Shown piece after piece: positions 62,301 to 64,000 of a stretch of 64,000 nucleotides of DNA. The stretch's first letter is position 1. Each line of letters begins with the position of its first letter. The stretch comes from Macrostomum lignano (lineage: Eukaryota). Location: assembly GCA_002269645.1 (NCBI GenBank), contig NIVC01002977.1, forward strand, positions 62,001 through 126,000. Reading direction: 5' to 3'. The notes beneath the pieces are model-generated. The model saw only the letters and a list, made by a program, of their open reading frames with translations, ran no database searches and was not told the DNA's origin. Position numbers and translations under genes: made by a program.

Positions 62301-63186
62301 GCGTGGATGAAACCCTACATTGATAAGAACACCCAGTTTAGGACCAAAGCAACCAACGACTTTGACAAGAACCTCTTTAAGTTGGCCAACAACTCTGTCT
62401 ATGGCAAGACTCTTGAGAATGAGCGGAAAAGAACAAACCTGAAACTTGTTACCTCATCAGAGCCTGCTGTTATTCAGGCAAATATGTCAAAGCCAACATT
62501 CAAAGAACTCCATATCTTTAATAGCTACTTAGGTGTGATCATATTTTACAAAACCAAGGTGACGCTGCGCAAGCCGATCTATACAGGTGTCACTGTTCTC
62601 GACGAATCAAAACGTTGATGTACCAGTTCTTCTATGGCATGAAGCAGCAGTACAAGGATAAAATGAAACTCTTGTACACTGACACAGACAGTTTTATTAT
62701 GGACATTCAAACAGAAGACATTTATCAGGACATGCTGCAGCAAAAAGATTGTTTGACTTGTCTGAGTATGACGAATCTTGCAGGACGCTGAATGGTGATC
62801 AAGTGTTTGACGCCACTAACAAGAAAGTGATTGGGAAAATGAAGGACGAGATTGCTGGTGACATAATCACTGAATTCATTGGGTTGAGAGCAAAGTCCTA
62901 TTTTGTAAAATGTGAGTCGTCAGACCCAATTAAAAAATCAAAGGGAATTCCGAAACGTGTGGTTAGGAAGGAAATTAATGAAGCTGAATACAGAGACGCC
63001 TTGAATTGCAACAAAAAGACATCACATGAGTTCTCAAAGCTACAATCTAAAAACCATATTATTCACACAATTCAGCAAAAGAAGATTGGACTGTCAGGTG
63101 CAGATAACAAGAGATTCATTTTTGATGACAATATCAACAGTCTACCGTTCGGGCACTGGAGATTAGGCTTAGGAGATTGGGTTTAG
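59302..63186 (+). pseudogene. Protein-primed family B DNA polymerase (pPolB), disrupted
   Basis: Fragments carry INVKNKDNCCALWAV and HYVWIKD (vOTU-like Cys/His), CHIC..VRDHCHFTGKFRGAAHNTCNL (EndoVII/HNH-like), FCHNAKNYD (exonuclease), YLDANNLYGWAM, KLANNSVYGK and YTDTDS (62675-62692). In-frame TAG at 60855-60857; frameshifts near 59880, 60295, 60395, 62616 and 62750. Inclusion of the 59302-59634 ORF as the N-terminus is inferred. Confidence 0.9.
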
Positions 63187-63269
63187 GAGGTTGAGGTTGG
63201 GTTTAGGAGATTAGGAGATTGGGTTTAGGTTTAAGAGAAAGTTTAATAAACCTCATAAAAATCATAAAA

Positions 63270-63668
63270 ATGACGACAAATAACTTTCTTGAAGATTTGG
63301 CTAACGAACTGGAAATCCCAAACTTTAGAGGAATATTTATGAGGGACACTCTGCCTGATTTTCCTCTAAGAAAGGAATGCGGCATCATGAACTTTGACAC
63401 CACCGATAAGCCAGGATCTCATTGGGTTTGCTGGGTGATTGATCCCGATCGCAAGCACAAGTGTTATTACTTCGATAGCTATGGGACGGCAGTACCAGAA
63501 GAGCTAAGAAATTATATGAAGGGAAAAAATAATAAAATTTACCACTCAGACTTTATTCTTCAAGGTCTTAGCAGTGATATTTGCGGTGAGCTGTGCATGA
63601 CTGTTTTGTATGCAATGACCAAAACACGAAAGACCTACAAGGAAATTATTCGTACCTGTGTTTCATAG
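63270..63668 (+). CDS. Adenain/Ulp1-like cysteine protease (virion maturation protease)
   Basis: GSHW, YFDSYG and LQGLSSDICGELC give the H-D-Q-C catalytic set; the 132-aa ORF is intact. Confidence 0.9.
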   Translation: MTTNNFLEDLANELEIPNFRGIFMRDTLPDFPLRKECGIMNFDTTDKPGSHWVCWVIDPDRKHKCYYFDSYGTAVPEELRNYMKGKNNKIYHSDFILQGLSSDICGELCMTVLYAMTKTRKTYKEIIRTCVS

Positions 63669-63672
63669 GGGT

Positions 63673-64000
63673 TCATTGTGCATTTCTCGTTGTACTTCTC
63701 GTTGTCCTTCTTTCCACATAATGTTGAAGAACTTTCTCGAGTTCATTTCTCAGCTGACTCATGTCATCAGTACCGACCATGTTCAAGTTCATTCGAATTG
63801 ATTGTTCATAAAGATCCTGAATGGTTTTGAACTCATCCTCTGAAATGAACTTATCCTCGATTGCCCTTGAAATGTACCCTATGATTGATGTGTGCACCCC
63901 TTTCTCTTTTACTTGCTTCTCCTGTAGCTGCTTTAGTTTTTTTCGCCTGTTTCGCGCTACTGCTCCAGTAATTGCTGAAATAAGTCCACATGCAGCACCC
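63673..64000 (-). CDS. Polinton hypothetical protein, C-terminal part (5' end outside window)
   Basis: The frame is open to the window edge: hydrophobic GAACGLISAITGAVA, then basic RNRRKKLK and ISRAIEDKFISEDEFKTI. Confidence 0.6.
   Translation of the reverse strand, partial: GAACGLISAITGAVARNRRKKLKQLQEKQVKEKGVHTSIIGYISRAIEDKFISEDEFKTIQDLYEQSIRMNLNMVGTDDMSQLRNELEKVLQHYVERRTTRSTTRNAQ

Larger units (their letters stand above)
54362..64000. mobile_element. Polinton/Maverick (adintovirus-like endogenous virus), left part
   Basis: Hallmark genes: rve integrase, protein-primed PolB, adenain-like protease, pX-like protein. The satellite stops abruptly at AGTAGA (54362), consistent with the 5'-AG Polinton terminus, followed by ~81-bp tandem repeats (54402-54613). 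The left boundary is inferred; the right end is outside the window. Confidence 0.85.

Noticed and set aside
1-64000. tRNA, rRNA, snRNA or SL RNA genes
   Set aside because: No cloverleaf with A/B boxes, rRNA-like conserved blocks or leader-plus-Sm-site arrangement recognised by eye; a covariance-model search would be needed to exclude them.

Overview
Eukaryotic genomic DNA. GC-rich, Ala/Leu/Arg-rich coding exons alternate with AT-rich transposon debris and minisatellite-filled introns. This resembles a free-living flatworm such as Macrostomum, but that is an inference from sequence style only. Host genes, all on the + strand: (i) a 3-exon Syk/ZAP-70-type tandem-SH2 tyrosine kinase (12950-24200); (ii) two adjacent intronless chromodomain-ankyrin-C-terminal beta-domain genes with MPP8/MPHOSPH8 (HUSH subunit) architecture (26736-28310 with a degenerate chromodomain; 29667-31955 canonical but lacking its own ATG); (iii) the first four exons of a secreted RNase T2 (49489-51898). 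The RNase T2 gene's fourth intron is a satellite built from its own splice donor. It is interrupted by a small DNA transposon and then by a Polinton/Maverick (adintovirus-like) element that runs from about 54362 off the window. The element carries an rve integrase, an adenovirus pX-like protein, a disrupted protein-primed PolB, an adenain-type protease and an apparently spliced gene. Also present: a 5'-truncated LINE, an EnSpm/CACTA transposase relic, about nine non-autonomous TIR elements (several with clear TSDs) and about 12 tandem arrays. Many long ORFs in the supplied track are translation artefacts of these arrays or antisense shadows of GC-rich genes. No rRNA, tRNA or CRISPR was seen.
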